Shown here in pieces: positions 48,567 through 58,419 of a stretch of 64,000 nt of DNA. The stretch comes from a candidate division WOR-3 bacterium (GTDB lineage Bacteria > Hydrothermota > Tepidihabitantia > Tepidihabitantales > Tepidihabitantaceae): NCBI GenBank assembly GCA_037441285.1, contig JBBISL010000003.1:32001-96000 (forward strand). Reading direction: 5' to 3'. The first letter of the stretch is position 1. Every line of letters begins with the position of its first letter. The notes beneath the pieces are model-generated. The model saw only the letters and a list, made by a program, of their open reading frames with translations, was not told where the DNA came from and ran no database searches. The position numbers and the translations under genes were made by a program.

Positions 48567-51144
48567 TTTGCTTAAATATCTCGGCAAGTTTTTTGGTCAA
48601 TTCGGCTTCGTCCTGGATTAACACTTTGCGCGGTTTACTTCCGGCATGGGGTCCAACAATACCGGCGCGCTCGAGCTGGTCGATGATGCGGCCGGCGCGT
48701 GCCCATCCAACATCAAGCCGTCGCTGGAGCATTGAGACCGATGCTTCTTTGTGCAGTACAACCAGGCGTGCTGCTTCGCTAAAAAGGTTGTCAAATTCAC
48801 CGTTTAATGTCTCCGTTCCATTATCGGCCGGGTAGTTTCTCCCGACCTCCTCTTCTAATGGTTCATAATAATGACGGGCAAGGATGTTGTCAAGAATTTC
48901 TTCGGGAAGAATGGTCTTTATCTGTTCGAGTTTTCTGCCCCGGGCAGCAAACCGGGGGTCATAGAAGACATCGGTGAGTTCTTGTCTGACAATCTCCTGG
49001 GCTTTTTTCTCTGGTTCGTCAACAAATTCCGAAAGGATGTCGGAGAGGTATCTTGTTGCCCAGAGGTCAACCACCCCCTTAGCCGCTTTTTCGGACACGA
49101 AGCAACCGTGGATGCGTATGGCGTCGCCTTTCCCTGGTGGCAGAAAGAGCATATCACCCCGGCCGAGGAGCGATTCCGCGCCGTTGGCATCAAGAATGGT
49201 CCGGGAGTCAACTTTGGTGGCGACCTGAAAGGCGATGCGACAGGGAAAGTTGGCTTTGATTAGCCCGGTGATGACATCAACTGAAGGTCGCTGGGTGGCA
49301 AGTATCAAATGGATGCCTACCGCCCGTGACATTTGAGCAAGCCGGATGATACGAGCTTCAATCTCGGTTGGGGCGCGTTGCATCAAGTCAGCGAGTTCGT
49401 CAATTACCACCACGATGTAGGGTTTTTTCTTCTTTCCCAATTCTTCGCAGCGGGTGTTGTAACTGGAGATGTCTCGAACCCCGAGCTCGGCAAATTCGCT
49501 GTAGCGGGCTTCCATAATGTTAACAATTCGGGTGAGTTCAGCGACCACCAGTTCGGGATTGGTGGTTGTTTTGGAAAGGAGGTGTGGTATCGGGTTGTAG
49601 ATAGGGAGTTCAAGCTGTTTGGGGTCGATGGTAAGGAAGCGGACCTCGTCGGGAGTTGAGCGGTAGATAATTGACATAATGATGGAGTTGATGCAGACCG
49701 ATTTGCCGGAGCCGGTAGTGCCGGCGATAAGGACATGGGGCATCTGACGGATGTCGGCGCAGTAGGGTTCACCGGTAATTGTTGTGCCGAGGGCGAAGCC
49801 CAAGGGTGAGTCAACCTGCTGGAATGCGGGACTGGTAAGGACCTCTTTGAGATAAACGGTGCGGCGTGTCTTATTGGGAATCTCAATCCCGACGGCACTT
49901 TTCCCGGGAATCGGAGCAAGAATCCGGACCCTTTCGGCAGAAAGGGCGAGGGCAATGTCGTCGGCGAGACTTTCAATGCCGCTGCAACGGACACCAGGCG
50001 CCGGTTCCAGTTCAAATCGGGTAATCATCGGGCCCGAGAGGATGGCGGTCAGTTTACCTTCAACACCAAACTGCTTAAGTTTGTCCATCAACAGCTGTCC
50101 TTCAGCCTCCGCTTCCGCCGGGTCTTTAAAGAGTTTGTCTTCCGGTTTAGGTGTGTCAAGACGCTGGAGGAACTGTTTCTGGAATTCATCGAGGTTAAGG
50201 TGGGTGTGGCGGGGGCGCAAGGGTTGCACTGTGACAACTGTAGCCGGGGTGCGGTGGTCGGGTTTTGGCGGTTCGGCGGTTGCAGGTTGGCTTGAAGGTG
50301 GCGCAGAACTTTCCCTATCCTGGGGTTGCAGATTTTCAGCGAGGGTTCGGTTATCGGTTTGGTTCGGGGTAACGCTGATGATTGGTTTCGGTTTGGGTTT
50401 GTGGGTAAACAACTGGCGGATACTGGAGAAAAGTTTACCTATTTTGGTGTTGATGTCTTTTAGCCCTGGGATGGTTAAACCCGACGCGATGATGAGCGCA
50501 GTTAATGAAACGATGAGCAGGATTAGGGTCCCGACGCCTAACAGGCTGTTAAGAAAACCAACAACCAACTGGCCAAGGGTGCCCGCAAGCATTTTCTCGG
50601 TTTGGAAATAAGCCAGAAACAGTTCGAATAGTACCCCGAAGAACAAAATTAAAGCCGAGCGGCTGAAATCGAGCGGTTTTGCTTTACGAAACCAGATGGT
50701 AAATCCCCAGTAAAACCCCAACCCAATAAATGCGAGTGAGCCCAACCCAAATACGGGTAGAAGCAGGTTGTTCAAGGTGTGACCGAGTACGCCGCTGAAG
50801 TTGTCTGCGGCATTTTTCAGCCCGGCATAGAAGGAAAGGATTGCGGCGCTGAGGAAAACAGCAAGGGTCAAAATTCCGAATCCAGTAAATCGGCGCCACT
50901 GTTTCTTCTTTGTTATCTTAAGAAAAATTGCGGTGGCAGCGAGAATTGGAACGAGAGGACTCATTCCCCCAAGAAGGTATATCAAAGCCCGGGCAAGATG
51001 GTAGCCGACAACTCCGCCGTAATTCGTTGCCGGGGTATTCTTGCCGATGATTGATGAGAAAAGGCTGAGAGCGATAAAAAGCACCAGCCCGATGATGATT
51101 GCCCAACCAAAGACCTGCCAGCCGTTTCTTTTTCTCTTACCCAT
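48553..51144 (-). CDS. ftsK: DNA translocase FtsK
   Basis: MPHVLIAGTTGSGKS, IDELADLM, LATQRPSVDVITG, gamma domain ASVSMLQRRL. Confidence 0.95.
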   Translation of the reverse strand: MGKRKRNGWQVFGWAIIIGLVLFIALSLFSSIIGKNTPATNYGGVVGYHLARALIYLLGGMSPLVPILAATAIFLKITKKKQWRRFTGFGILTLAVFLSAAILSFYAGLKNAADNFSGVLGHTLNNLLLPVFGLGSLAFIGLGFYWGFTIWFRKAKPLDFSRSALILFFGVLFELFLAYFQTEKMLAGTLGQLVVGFLNSLLGVGTLILLIVSLTALIIASGLTIPGLKDINTKIGKLFSSIRQLFTHKPKPKPIISVTPNQTDNRTLAENLQPQDRESSAPPSSQPATAEPPKPDHRTPATVVTVQPLRPRHTHLNLDEFQKQFLQRLDTPKPEDKLFKDPAEAEAEGQLLMDKLKQFGVEGKLTAILSGPMITRFELEPAPGVRCSGIESLADDIALALSAERVRILAPIPGKSAVGIEIPNKTRRTVYLKEVLTSPAFQQVDSPLGFALGTTITGEPYCADIRQMPHVLIAGTTGSGKSVCINSIIMSIIYRSTPDEVRFLTIDPKQLELPIYNPIPHLLSKTTTNPELVVAELTRIVNIMEARYSEFAELGVRDISSYNTRCEELGKKKKPYIVVVIDELADLMQRAPTEIEARIIRLAQMSRAVGIHLILATQRPSVDVITGLIKANFPCRIAFQVATKVDSRTILDANGAESLLGRGDMLFLPPGKGDAIRIHGCFVSEKAAKGVVDLWATRYLSDILSEFVDEPEKKAQEIVRQELTDVFYDPRFAARGRKLEQIKTILPEEILDNILARHYYEPLEEEVGRNYPADNGTETLNGEFDNLFSEAARLVVLHKEASVSMLQRRLDVGWARAGRIIDQLERAGIVGPHAGSKPRKVLIQDEAELTKKLAEIFKQNERP

Positions 51145-51148
51145 AAGT

Positions 51149-51775
51149 TTAGAATCCTATGCCGGCGCCGAGAAGAAGCCGGGCGGTCGTCAGTACTATC
51201 GGGAAGACAACCATACGGAATAGCGGTAACCCAATTACGAATATCACAATCAAACTTAAAAAATTATACTGTTCCAACCTGCCGTAACGGGCGGCAAGCT
51301 CGGGCGGTAAAAGATAATAAATTAATCTTGAGCCGTCAAGCGGCGGTATCGGAATCAGATTGAAAAAGCACAGAATCAGGTTGATGATTACAAAATAACT
51401 TGTTAATTTCCAGGCGAACCCATTTACGCCGAGCGCAGTTAAAATCCGGGCAACGATTCCGGCAAAGATGGCGACCATAAAGTTGGATATTGGTCCGGCA
51501 AGAGCAGAGATGGCGAAGTCGCGGAGCGGATTTTTAAAGTTGTTAGGGTTGATTGGCACCGGTTTTGCCCAGCCAAAGCGGGTCCAGGGCAGGAAAAGTA
51601 GAATCGTGCCAAGCGGGTCAAGATGTTTCAGCGGGTTGAGGGTGAGCCGTCCTGACTGTTTGGCGGTCGGGTCGCCGAGGATAAATGCGGCATAGCCGTG
51701 GCTGAATTCGTGAATCGTTAGTCCGAAGAGAATCGCCGGTGCCGAAAGGATAAGTTCGCCCCAGTCCATCAGCAC
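51149..51775 (-). CDS. Site-2 protease family (M50) metalloprotease
   Basis: HEFSH, AGPISN, FNLIPIPPLDG. Confidence 0.92.
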   Translation of the reverse strand: MLMDWGELILSAPAILFGLTIHEFSHGYAAFILGDPTAKQSGRLTLNPLKHLDPLGTILLFLPWTRFGWAKPVPINPNNFKNPLRDFAISALAGPISNFMVAIFAGIVARILTALGVNGFAWKLTSYFVIINLILCFFNLIPIPPLDGSRLIYYLLPPELAARYGRLEQYNFLSLIVIFVIGLPLFRMVVFPIVLTTARLLLGAGIGF

Positions 51776-53022
51776 CCTTTATTTGTCCAGCGTTTAAGTA
51801 GCCGGAGTTCTTCTTGCCGGGTCTGGACTTTTTTGTCCAGCCGGGCGGTGAGCAAACGTTTCATCAATTGGCCTATCTTGGGACCAGGTGGGATACCCAA
51901 GGCAATCAGGTCAGCAGCCGTAGTTTCAGGTTTGACAAACCGAAGTTGATGTAAGAACAAGTTGCATTTTTTCTGAATTGTTGGGGGCTCAAGTTTCGTC
52001 ATAATGAGTAATACGGGCTCCGGTATGGGTTTAAGGATGTGATAAATTGTGCTCACCTTTTTGGCACGCAACAGACGATGCCGTAAGGGATTAAGATGAC
52101 GCAGGAACCGGGCGGTATCGCGTTCTTCGCTGGTGATGGGGAATTTCTCGTTTACTGGCAGAAAACTGAGGAGGTAGCAGAAAAGTTCCTGGGAGGTGGC
52201 GCCACGCTGGGAGAGTTTTTTTAATCCGGGAAGGGGTGAGCGGTCTAACCGCCAGTTGTTCCAGCAAGACGGCAGGACATTTTCTTTCAGGAGCGCTTGC
52301 AGCATCTTCAGGGCGGCGGATTCGGCGAGGATACAACGCAACTCGTAGAGGATTCGTTCCGGTGTTAGAAGCGCGGGATAGCGTTCCTTTACGGCTACCC
52401 GCAGGAGGTAAAGGGTGCCGGATTCAATGTTGTAGTCAAGACGAATGGCAAATCTGAGGGCACGAAAAATTCTGGTCGGGTCGTCGATGAAACTTAGCGG
52501 ATGGATGATGCGTATGAGCCGGTGGTGTAAATCTTCCTGGCCTGAGAAAGGGTCGATGAGTTTCTCGCCGTCAGGGGTTAATTCGAGCGCAAGGGCGTTG
52601 ATTGTAAAGTCACGGCGGGCAAGGTCATCTTCAATTGAGGCTGGTTCAACTCGGGGCAAGGTTGCCGGTTTGCGGTACGATTCGCGCCGGGTGTGGCAGA
52701 TGTCGATTTTCGTACTGTCAGGCAGGGTTACAGTTCCAGTGAGGAAAGGGCGATGAAACACAAATTTGCCTTTTAGAAGCCGGGCAACCGCGCCCAGAAG
52801 TTCGGACATTTTTCTTTCAACTACAGCCCGGTTTTCCCTTAATCCGAAGTCAACAGCAATATCCCAGTCCGGGCAGGGATGGTTGAGAAGCAGGTCACGA
52901 ACCGGTCCACCAACCAGGTAGGCTTTGCCGCGCTGGCGCCAGACAAGTTGACTTATCTGGATTACTGTTTGGGGTAGACCAGGTCGGAAGTTGGGCACCG
53001 GGGGCGGTCCATTAGAAGCCAA
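51769..53022 (-). CDS. Class II tRNA nucleotidyltransferase
   Basis: VGGPVRD, DWD, DLARRDFTINA, DDPTRIFRALRF. Confidence 0.9.
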   Translation of the reverse strand: MASNGPPPVPNFRPGLPQTVIQISQLVWRQRGKAYLVGGPVRDLLLNHPCPDWDIAVDFGLRENRAVVERKMSELLGAVARLLKGKFVFHRPFLTGTVTLPDSTKIDICHTRRESYRKPATLPRVEPASIEDDLARRDFTINALALELTPDGEKLIDPFSGQEDLHHRLIRIIHPLSFIDDPTRIFRALRFAIRLDYNIESGTLYLLRVAVKERYPALLTPERILYELRCILAESAALKMLQALLKENVLPSCWNNWRLDRSPLPGLKKLSQRGATSQELFCYLLSFLPVNEKFPITSEERDTARFLRHLNPLRHRLLRAKKVSTIYHILKPIPEPVLLIMTKLEPPTIQKKCNLFLHQLRFVKPETTAADLIALGIPPGPKIGQLMKRLLTARLDKKVQTRQEELRLLKRWTNKGC

Positions 53023-53323
53023 GAGATTTTGCCGTATCTTCCTTTTGACCGTGGAGTTTTATTTTTCCGAATCGGGCTTCGTACTTTTTAATGTTTTCGG
53101 CTAACGCTTCGTGGAGGAGAGCGGCATGCTGCGGCGTCATTACGATTCGGGCAAACACCTTGGCTTTTGGTAAGCCGGGAAGGATGCGAGCAAAGTCAAT
53201 GATGAATTCAGAACCGGAATGAGCAATAAGCACAAAGTTAGAATAAATCCCCTCCGACTCTTTTTCCCCGATTTCCACCTGGACCGGTGGTCCCTGGGGT
53301 GGTTGCTTTTCTTCGTTGTTCAT
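53012..53323 (-). CDS. DUF3467-like conserved protein
   Basis: GIYSNFVLIAHSGSEFIIDF...RIVMTPQHA...NIKKYEARFG. Confidence 0.8.
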   Translation of the reverse strand: MNNEEKQPPQGPPVQVEIGEKESEGIYSNFVLIAHSGSEFIIDFARILPGLPKAKVFARIVMTPQHAALLHEALAENIKKYEARFGKIKLHGQKEDTAKSLGF

Positions 53324-53367
53324 CTTGATACTCCTTTCCTGAAATTGTAAACTACCCGGGAAAATAG

Positions 53368-54576
53368 TCAAGGTCTGCGGGGAACAAGGCGGAGGAACCG
53401 GCGTTTTCCGACTTTGAGAATAACAGGGTTGTCGGCAACGCGCACCAGATAGTTCGGGTCGGAGAGCCGCTGACCATCGAGGTATACCGCACCTTCCTGC
53501 AATTTGCGTCGTGCTTCACTTTTTGAGGGCAAAAGGCCGGTGGCAGAAATCAGTTCGACGATGTTAACGCCTTCGGGCGGCATAAGGAATTCAGGGATAT
53601 CTTCGGGCGCCTGTTTTTCCCGGAATACCCGGTCGAACTCTTCTGATGCCTTTACCGCTTCGGCGGGAGAGTGGTAGAGGGCAACAACCTCTTTTGCCAG
53701 TTCGGCTTTAATGTGACGGGGGTTTTCGCCCGCCTTTAAGCGCTGGGCAATCTGATTGAGTTCCGGTTCGGTTTTTGTTGTGGTCAGACGGAAGTAGTCT
53801 AAAATCAACTCGTCAGGGATGGACATTAACTTGCCGAACATCTCCTGCGGTGGTTCGGTGATGCCGACATAGTTGCCGTACGATTTTGACATCTTCATTT
53901 TACCGTCGGTCCCCACGAGTAAAGGCATTGTCATAATGACCTGGGGTTTTTGTCCAAAGCGTGCCTGGAGTTCCCTGCCGACCAAAAGGTTCCAGTACTG
54001 GTCCGCGCCACCCAGTTCCACATCCGCCTGAACCATTACCGAGTCGTAGCCCTGAAACAGGGGATAGAGTAGTTCGTGAACAAATAGCGGTACACCCTGC
54101 TGGAGCCGGTTTTTAAAATCCTCGCGTTCAATCAGCCGGGCAACGGTGTAACGGGCGGCGATGTTGACAATATCGGTGGCATTAAGCGGGTCGAGCCATT
54201 CTGAGTTGTAACGAAATTCACAGCGCGCCGGGTCAAGGATTTTAAACACCTGGTCCCGGTATCGTGCCATATTTTCTTTAATCTGTTCATCGGTAAGTTG
54301 CGGTCGGGTTTTCGAACGCCCGGTCGGGTCACCGATTTTGCCGGTGAAGTCGCCGATGATCAAGACCGCGATATGCCCCAGGTCCTGAAACTGCCTTAAC
54401 TTTCTCAAAACTACGGCAAAGCCGAGATGGATATCCGGACCCGAGGCGTCGATGCCCAGTTTGATGCGCAATGGTTTACCGGTGGTACGAGATTGCTCCA
54501 GTCGTTCAAGTAGTTCGGCTTCGGTTTCCAGGCGGTCAACGCCTCTTTTGAGTTGTTCAATTACCGACAAAGTCAT
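53368..54576 (-). CDS. tyrS: Tyrosine-tRNA ligase
   Basis: HLGF, YPLFQGYDS, GGADQ, KMSKS, C-terminal S4 domain. Confidence 0.96.
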   Translation of the reverse strand: MTLSVIEQLKRGVDRLETEAELLERLEQSRTTGKPLRIKLGIDASGPDIHLGFAVVLRKLRQFQDLGHIAVLIIGDFTGKIGDPTGRSKTRPQLTDEQIKENMARYRDQVFKILDPARCEFRYNSEWLDPLNATDIVNIAARYTVARLIEREDFKNRLQQGVPLFVHELLYPLFQGYDSVMVQADVELGGADQYWNLLVGRELQARFGQKPQVIMTMPLLVGTDGKMKMSKSYGNYVGITEPPQEMFGKLMSIPDELILDYFRLTTTKTEPELNQIAQRLKAGENPRHIKAELAKEVVALYHSPAEAVKASEEFDRVFREKQAPEDIPEFLMPPEGVNIVELISATGLLPSKSEARRKLQEGAVYLDGQRLSDPNYLVRVADNPVILKVGKRRFLRLVPRRP

Positions 54577-54582
54577 AATGGG

Positions 54583-55065
54583 TCAGAATTGGTAGTTGCC
54601 CAGGTCTTCGGGGTCGATGCCCCGTAATTTGGTGCGAAGTTCCCGCAGTTTATCCTCGTCTTCAGGCGAGAGGAACTGCCCGGCACTGTCCATTACTGCG
54701 TCTTCAACATAGATGGGCGCTCCGGTGCGTAACGCCAGACCAACAGAGTCGGAAGGCCGAGCATCAATTGCAATCAACCGGTCACCAGTTTCGATTACCA
54801 GTTCCGCATAGAAGGTTTCGTTTTCCAGTTTGGTGATGAGAACCCGACTTACTTTACCGTTCATTCCGACAATCAAATTGCGCATCAAATCGACTGTGAG
54901 GGGCCGGACATACTGAATGCCTTCAAGGGCGTAGGCGATAGTTGACGCCTCAGCCGCACCAATAAAAACCGGTAAAACCCGGTTGCCTTTAACCTCACGC
55001 AAGAGCATAACCGGGGAATTGGTTGCATTGTCAATCAAAACCGCTTCAACCTGAACTTCAATCAT
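54583..55065 (-). CDS. Bifunctional nuclease family protein (DUF151)
   Basis: LPVFIGAAEA, RPLTVDL, IDARPSDSVGLALR. Confidence 0.9.
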   Translation of the reverse strand: MIEVQVEAVLIDNATNSPVMLLREVKGNRVLPVFIGAAEASTIAYALEGIQYVRPLTVDLMRNLIVGMNGKVSRVLITKLENETFYAELVIETGDRLIAIDARPSDSVGLALRTGAPIYVEDAVMDSAGQFLSPEDEDKLRELRTKLRGIDPEDLGNYQF

Positions 55066-55106
55066 GGGATGAACCTGCGGGCTGCTGCGGCATCAAAGAT
55101 GGGGTC

Positions 55107-55556
55107 TTAATCCACCGTTTCTTCAGCGACCCAGAGTTTTACGGTGGCGGTTATTTCGTGTCCTAATTTTATAGGGATATCATAGACGCCGGGCGCTTTT
55201 ATTGGCTCTTCCAGCACGATAGCATGCTTGTCGATTTTATGGCCCGCTTTTTCTAAGAGATCGGCGATATCGGCATTGGTGATGGCGCCGAATGCACCTT
55301 CCGCACCCATCCGAATTTTTGCCTTTAATGTCACCAGTCCCAGTTGCTGACTGACCGTCATTAGCCGCTTGGTCAAACGCTCATTCCGGGTTGCAATCTG
55401 CTGACGGATGTTTTCGAGCTGGCGCATACTCCCTTCATCGGCAACAATCGCCAGTTTCCGGGGCAAAAGATAGTTGCGGGCAAAGCCATCACGAACCTCA
55501 ACCACTTCGCCCTGTTTGCCCAGTCGTTCGATGTCGGTGAGGAGAATGACCCTCAT
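55107..55556 (-). CDS. rplI: 50S ribosomal protein L9
   Basis: LGKQGEVVEVRDGFARNYLLP. Confidence 0.97.
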   Translation of the reverse strand: MRVILLTDIERLGKQGEVVEVRDGFARNYLLPRKLAIVADEGSMRQLENIRQQIATRNERLTKRLMTVSQQLGLVTLKAKIRMGAEGAFGAITNADIADLLEKAGHKIDKHAIVLEEPIKAPGVYDIPIKLGHEITATVKLWVAEETVD

Positions 55557-55564
55557 AGTCAGTC

Positions 55565-55795
55565 TTAAATGTGGACTGTGATGAAGGGTAATAAACCCAT
55601 ATTGCGTGCCCGTTTAATCGCTTTTGCCAGTCGACGCTGGTGACGGGCGCACAAGCCGGAGACGCGCGAAGAAACGATTTTTCCACGGTCGGTCAGGAAG
55701 TCCTTAAGTCGTGGGTCCTTGTAATCGATATGAGTTACGCCCTCAGCGCAGTAAGGGCAGGCTCTTGTTCTAACGGTAAAACGTTTTGTACTCAT
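55565..55795 (-). CDS. rpsR: 30S ribosomal protein S18 (zinc-motif form)
   Basis: CPYC, IDYKD, RGKI, CARHQRRLAKAIKRAR..GLLP. Confidence 0.96.
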   Translation of the reverse strand: MSTKRFTVRTRACPYCAEGVTHIDYKDPRLKDFLTDRGKIVSSRVSGLCARHQRRLAKAIKRARNMGLLPFITVHI

Positions 55796-56189
55796 TATTA
55801 GAAGGATAAACGAATTTTGCTGTGAGTCAAGTTTTTGACCTGCGTTCAAAATCGGTTAATCCAGGGTCCAATATATTGAGGCAGTTTGGCACGGATGTTT
55901 TGGGCAAGAGCAAGGGGTAAATTAGTAACGGTTTTTGCCCAATCCGGGGCAAAGAGTTTTTTGGAATATTTGCAGTTTAATTTGTTAGCCTTGAAGGGGG
56001 CAAAATCTGAAGTGGGGCGGTGCCGGCAAGGGTTTAATAACACAGAAGTTACACAATTGTGTACCGCTCAAAATAAGAGATGGTACCCGGCAATTTACCC
56101 TGTAATGTTTAGAGCCCGAAAAGAGGGAGAAGGTAACGAACTATATAACACATTGAAAAATAATAAATTAAGTGATTGAGGTTGTGGTT

Positions 56190-56222
56190 GATACCGTCCT
56201 CTGGATCGTTCCGGGGGTAGTA
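56190..56222. repeat. Copy of a degenerate dispersed intergenic motif
   Basis: Matches the reverse complement of 38966-38998 at 25 of 33 positions; shares CCCCGGAAC with 11929-11937. Confidence 0.55.
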
Positions 56223-56505
56223 TTCAGTAGGGTGGTGTTAAGGGAGGTTGCTGCTATTTTTAAGGGAGCGCCTATTCTTGTCTAAGTTGCAGGGGTTGGA
56301 TGGTTTTCGGGGGCGCTTTTACGGCCGAAAATCTTTTCAATTCCCTTCTTCCTGATAAATGCTTAAGCGGTTTTAATGGAATTTTAGCCAGCCGGTATTG
56401 CTGCGGTTTTTGAATTTGATGTCTGTCTTCTGTTAATGTCGTAAATCAGATATGCCGGGAAGGTAGAAAGGGTTTAGGGAAATCTCGCAGAATGGGTAAT
56501 TCGGT

Positions 56506-57744
56506 TTATTCGTAACGGAGCGCCTGAATCGGGTCAAGTCGTGCCGCCCGTGATGCCGGGTAAATGCCGAAGAAGATGCCAACCAGCGCCGAGAAACCAA
56601 AGCCGATAAGGATGGTCCAGAACGGTGCGGCAGCACGGAGGTGCGCGGTGAGCTCAACAATCTTGGCGATGCCGATACCAAAAAGGATACCGACAGCACC
56701 ACCGGCAAGGGCGAGGAAGACCGATTCAAGGAGAAATTGATAGAGGATGTTGCGCGTGGTAGCGCCGAGGGCTTTACGCAAGCCAATTTCTCGGGTGCGC
56801 TCGGCGACGGCAACGAGCATTATGTTCATAATTCCGATACCACCAACGAGCAGCGAAATCGCGGCAACGGCAATCATCACAATGAAGGCAACACGAGTGA
56901 TGTTTTTGTAAATTTCGCGCAGCGTTTCCTGAGTGTTGATGCCGAAGTCGTCCGGTTTGTCATAACCCAGAGCGTGGCGCCGCCGCATCAGTTCGCGGAT
57001 GCGGTCAATTGCCTGGTCGACCGGAACATTTTTTTTCGGTTCGATGACGATGGCAAGGTCGTGGGCAAGGGTACCAAATCCGCCCTGGGGTTTGAAGCTT
57101 TTTTCAAAGGTGGTCAGGGGGATGAAAAGTACATTGTCCTGGGTTTGACCTAAAAAGGAGCCTTTGCGGACCAGGGTGCCGATGATGATGAAACTCTTAC
57201 CTTCAATATTGAGTCTTTTGCCCAGCGGGTCTTCGTCTGGGAAGAGGTTGTCAACGATGTAACCACCGATCACACACACGGGTCGTTTGCGCATACTGTC
57301 GTCGGAATTGATGAAACGGCCGGTTTCAATCGTGTAGTTGGCGATGGTCGCGTAAGCCGGGGTGATGCCCGCCATTTCGATACTGGTTACCTTGCGGTTG
57401 CGGTAGTTCAGCCGATTGACCATTCGGCTGCGCAGCGGCGCTACCCGTTCAATTATCGGGAGCCGGGCGATGGCGTTGGCGTCGTCCAGAGTCAGGTCGG
57501 GCCGGCGGTTGATTTCGTCCCAGTCGATGCGGCCCATTCCCCAGTTTATCTTTTGGAGGTAGATGACATGGGAGCCGAGGGAACTGATCTGGCGTTCCAC
57601 TTCGTAGTTCATACCCTGAATTAAAGAGACGATGGCGATGACGGTCATTACGCCGATGATGATGCCAAGGGTGGTTAAAAAGGAGCGCAGGCGATTGATG
57701 CGAAAGGTGGTCAGGGCAAGTTTGGCAATTTCCCAGAAGAGCAT
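56506..57744 (-). CDS. ABC transporter permease (MacB/YknZ family)
   Basis: RSFLTTLGIIIGV, GGIGIMNIMLV, ERTREIGLRKALGA, DPIQALRYE. Confidence 0.93.
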   Translation of the reverse strand: MLFWEIAKLALTTFRINRLRSFLTTLGIIIGVMTVIAIVSLIQGMNYEVERQISSLGSHVIYLQKINWGMGRIDWDEINRRPDLTLDDANAIARLPIIERVAPLRSRMVNRLNYRNRKVTSIEMAGITPAYATIANYTIETGRFINSDDSMRKRPVCVIGGYIVDNLFPDEDPLGKRLNIEGKSFIIIGTLVRKGSFLGQTQDNVLFIPLTTFEKSFKPQGGFGTLAHDLAIVIEPKKNVPVDQAIDRIRELMRRRHALGYDKPDDFGINTQETLREIYKNITRVAFIVMIAVAAISLLVGGIGIMNIMLVAVAERTREIGLRKALGATTRNILYQFLLESVFLALAGGAVGILFGIGIAKIVELTAHLRAAAPFWTILIGFGFSALVGIFFGIYPASRAARLDPIQALRYE

Positions 57745-57747
57745 TTA

Positions 57748-58416
57748 TTACTCCTCGACGATTTTGCCGTCTTTGAGTTTTATCGTACGCCGGGCATGGT
57801 CGGCGACCGTTTTGTCGTGGGTGACAAGGATGACGGTATTGCCTTCCTGTGCCATGGTGTCAAACAGGTGCATAATTTCGCTGCCGGTCCGGGAGTCGAG
57901 GTTGCCCGTTGGTTCGTCGGCAAGGATAACGGCTGGAGAGTTGGCAAGGGCGCGGGCAATGGCGACCCTTTGCATTTCGCCGCCGGATAGTTCGTTGGAG
58001 CGATGGTTAAGCCGGTCGCCGAGGCCAACCATTGTGAGCAGTTCGGTGGCACGGCGCCGCCGTTCTTTACGCCCAACACCGGCGTAGAGCATCGGCAGTT
58101 CAACATTGGCAAGGGCGGAGAGCCGGGGCAACAGGTTGAAGTTCTGAAATACAAAACCGAACTCTTTGTTACGGAGGCGAGCGAGTTCGTTGTCGCTGAG
58201 CTGGGATGTGTCGGCACCGTTGAAGAAGTACTTGCCGGTGGTCGGTGTGTCGAGGCAGCCCAGAATGTGCATCAAAGTCGATTTACCCGAGCCCGAGGGT
58301 CCCATCAGGGCAACATATTCGCCCTTTTCAATTGTCAGCGAAATGCCGTCAAGGGCACGCACCGCACTTTTACCCAGGGGGTAGATTTTGGTTACCTGTT
58401 CGATTTTGATCAGCAC
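57748..58416 (-). CDS. ABC transporter ATP-binding protein (MacB/LolD family)
   Basis: GPSGSGKST, LSGGE, ADEPTGNLD, VTHD. Confidence 0.95.
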   Translation of the reverse strand: MLIKIEQVTKIYPLGKSAVRALDGISLTIEKGEYVALMGPSGSGKSTLMHILGCLDTPTTGKYFFNGADTSQLSDNELARLRNKEFGFVFQNFNLLPRLSALANVELPMLYAGVGRKERRRRATELLTMVGLGDRLNHRSNELSGGEMQRVAIARALANSPAVILADEPTGNLDSRTGSEIMHLFDTMAQEGNTVILVTHDKTVADHARRTIKLKDGKIVEE

Positions 58417-58419
58417 GCC

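Noticed and set aside
49404..50611. Long alternative-frame and antisense ORFs over ftsK (also 58003-58737 over the ABC genes)
   Set aside because: Shadow ORFs of well-conserved genes with no independent protein features
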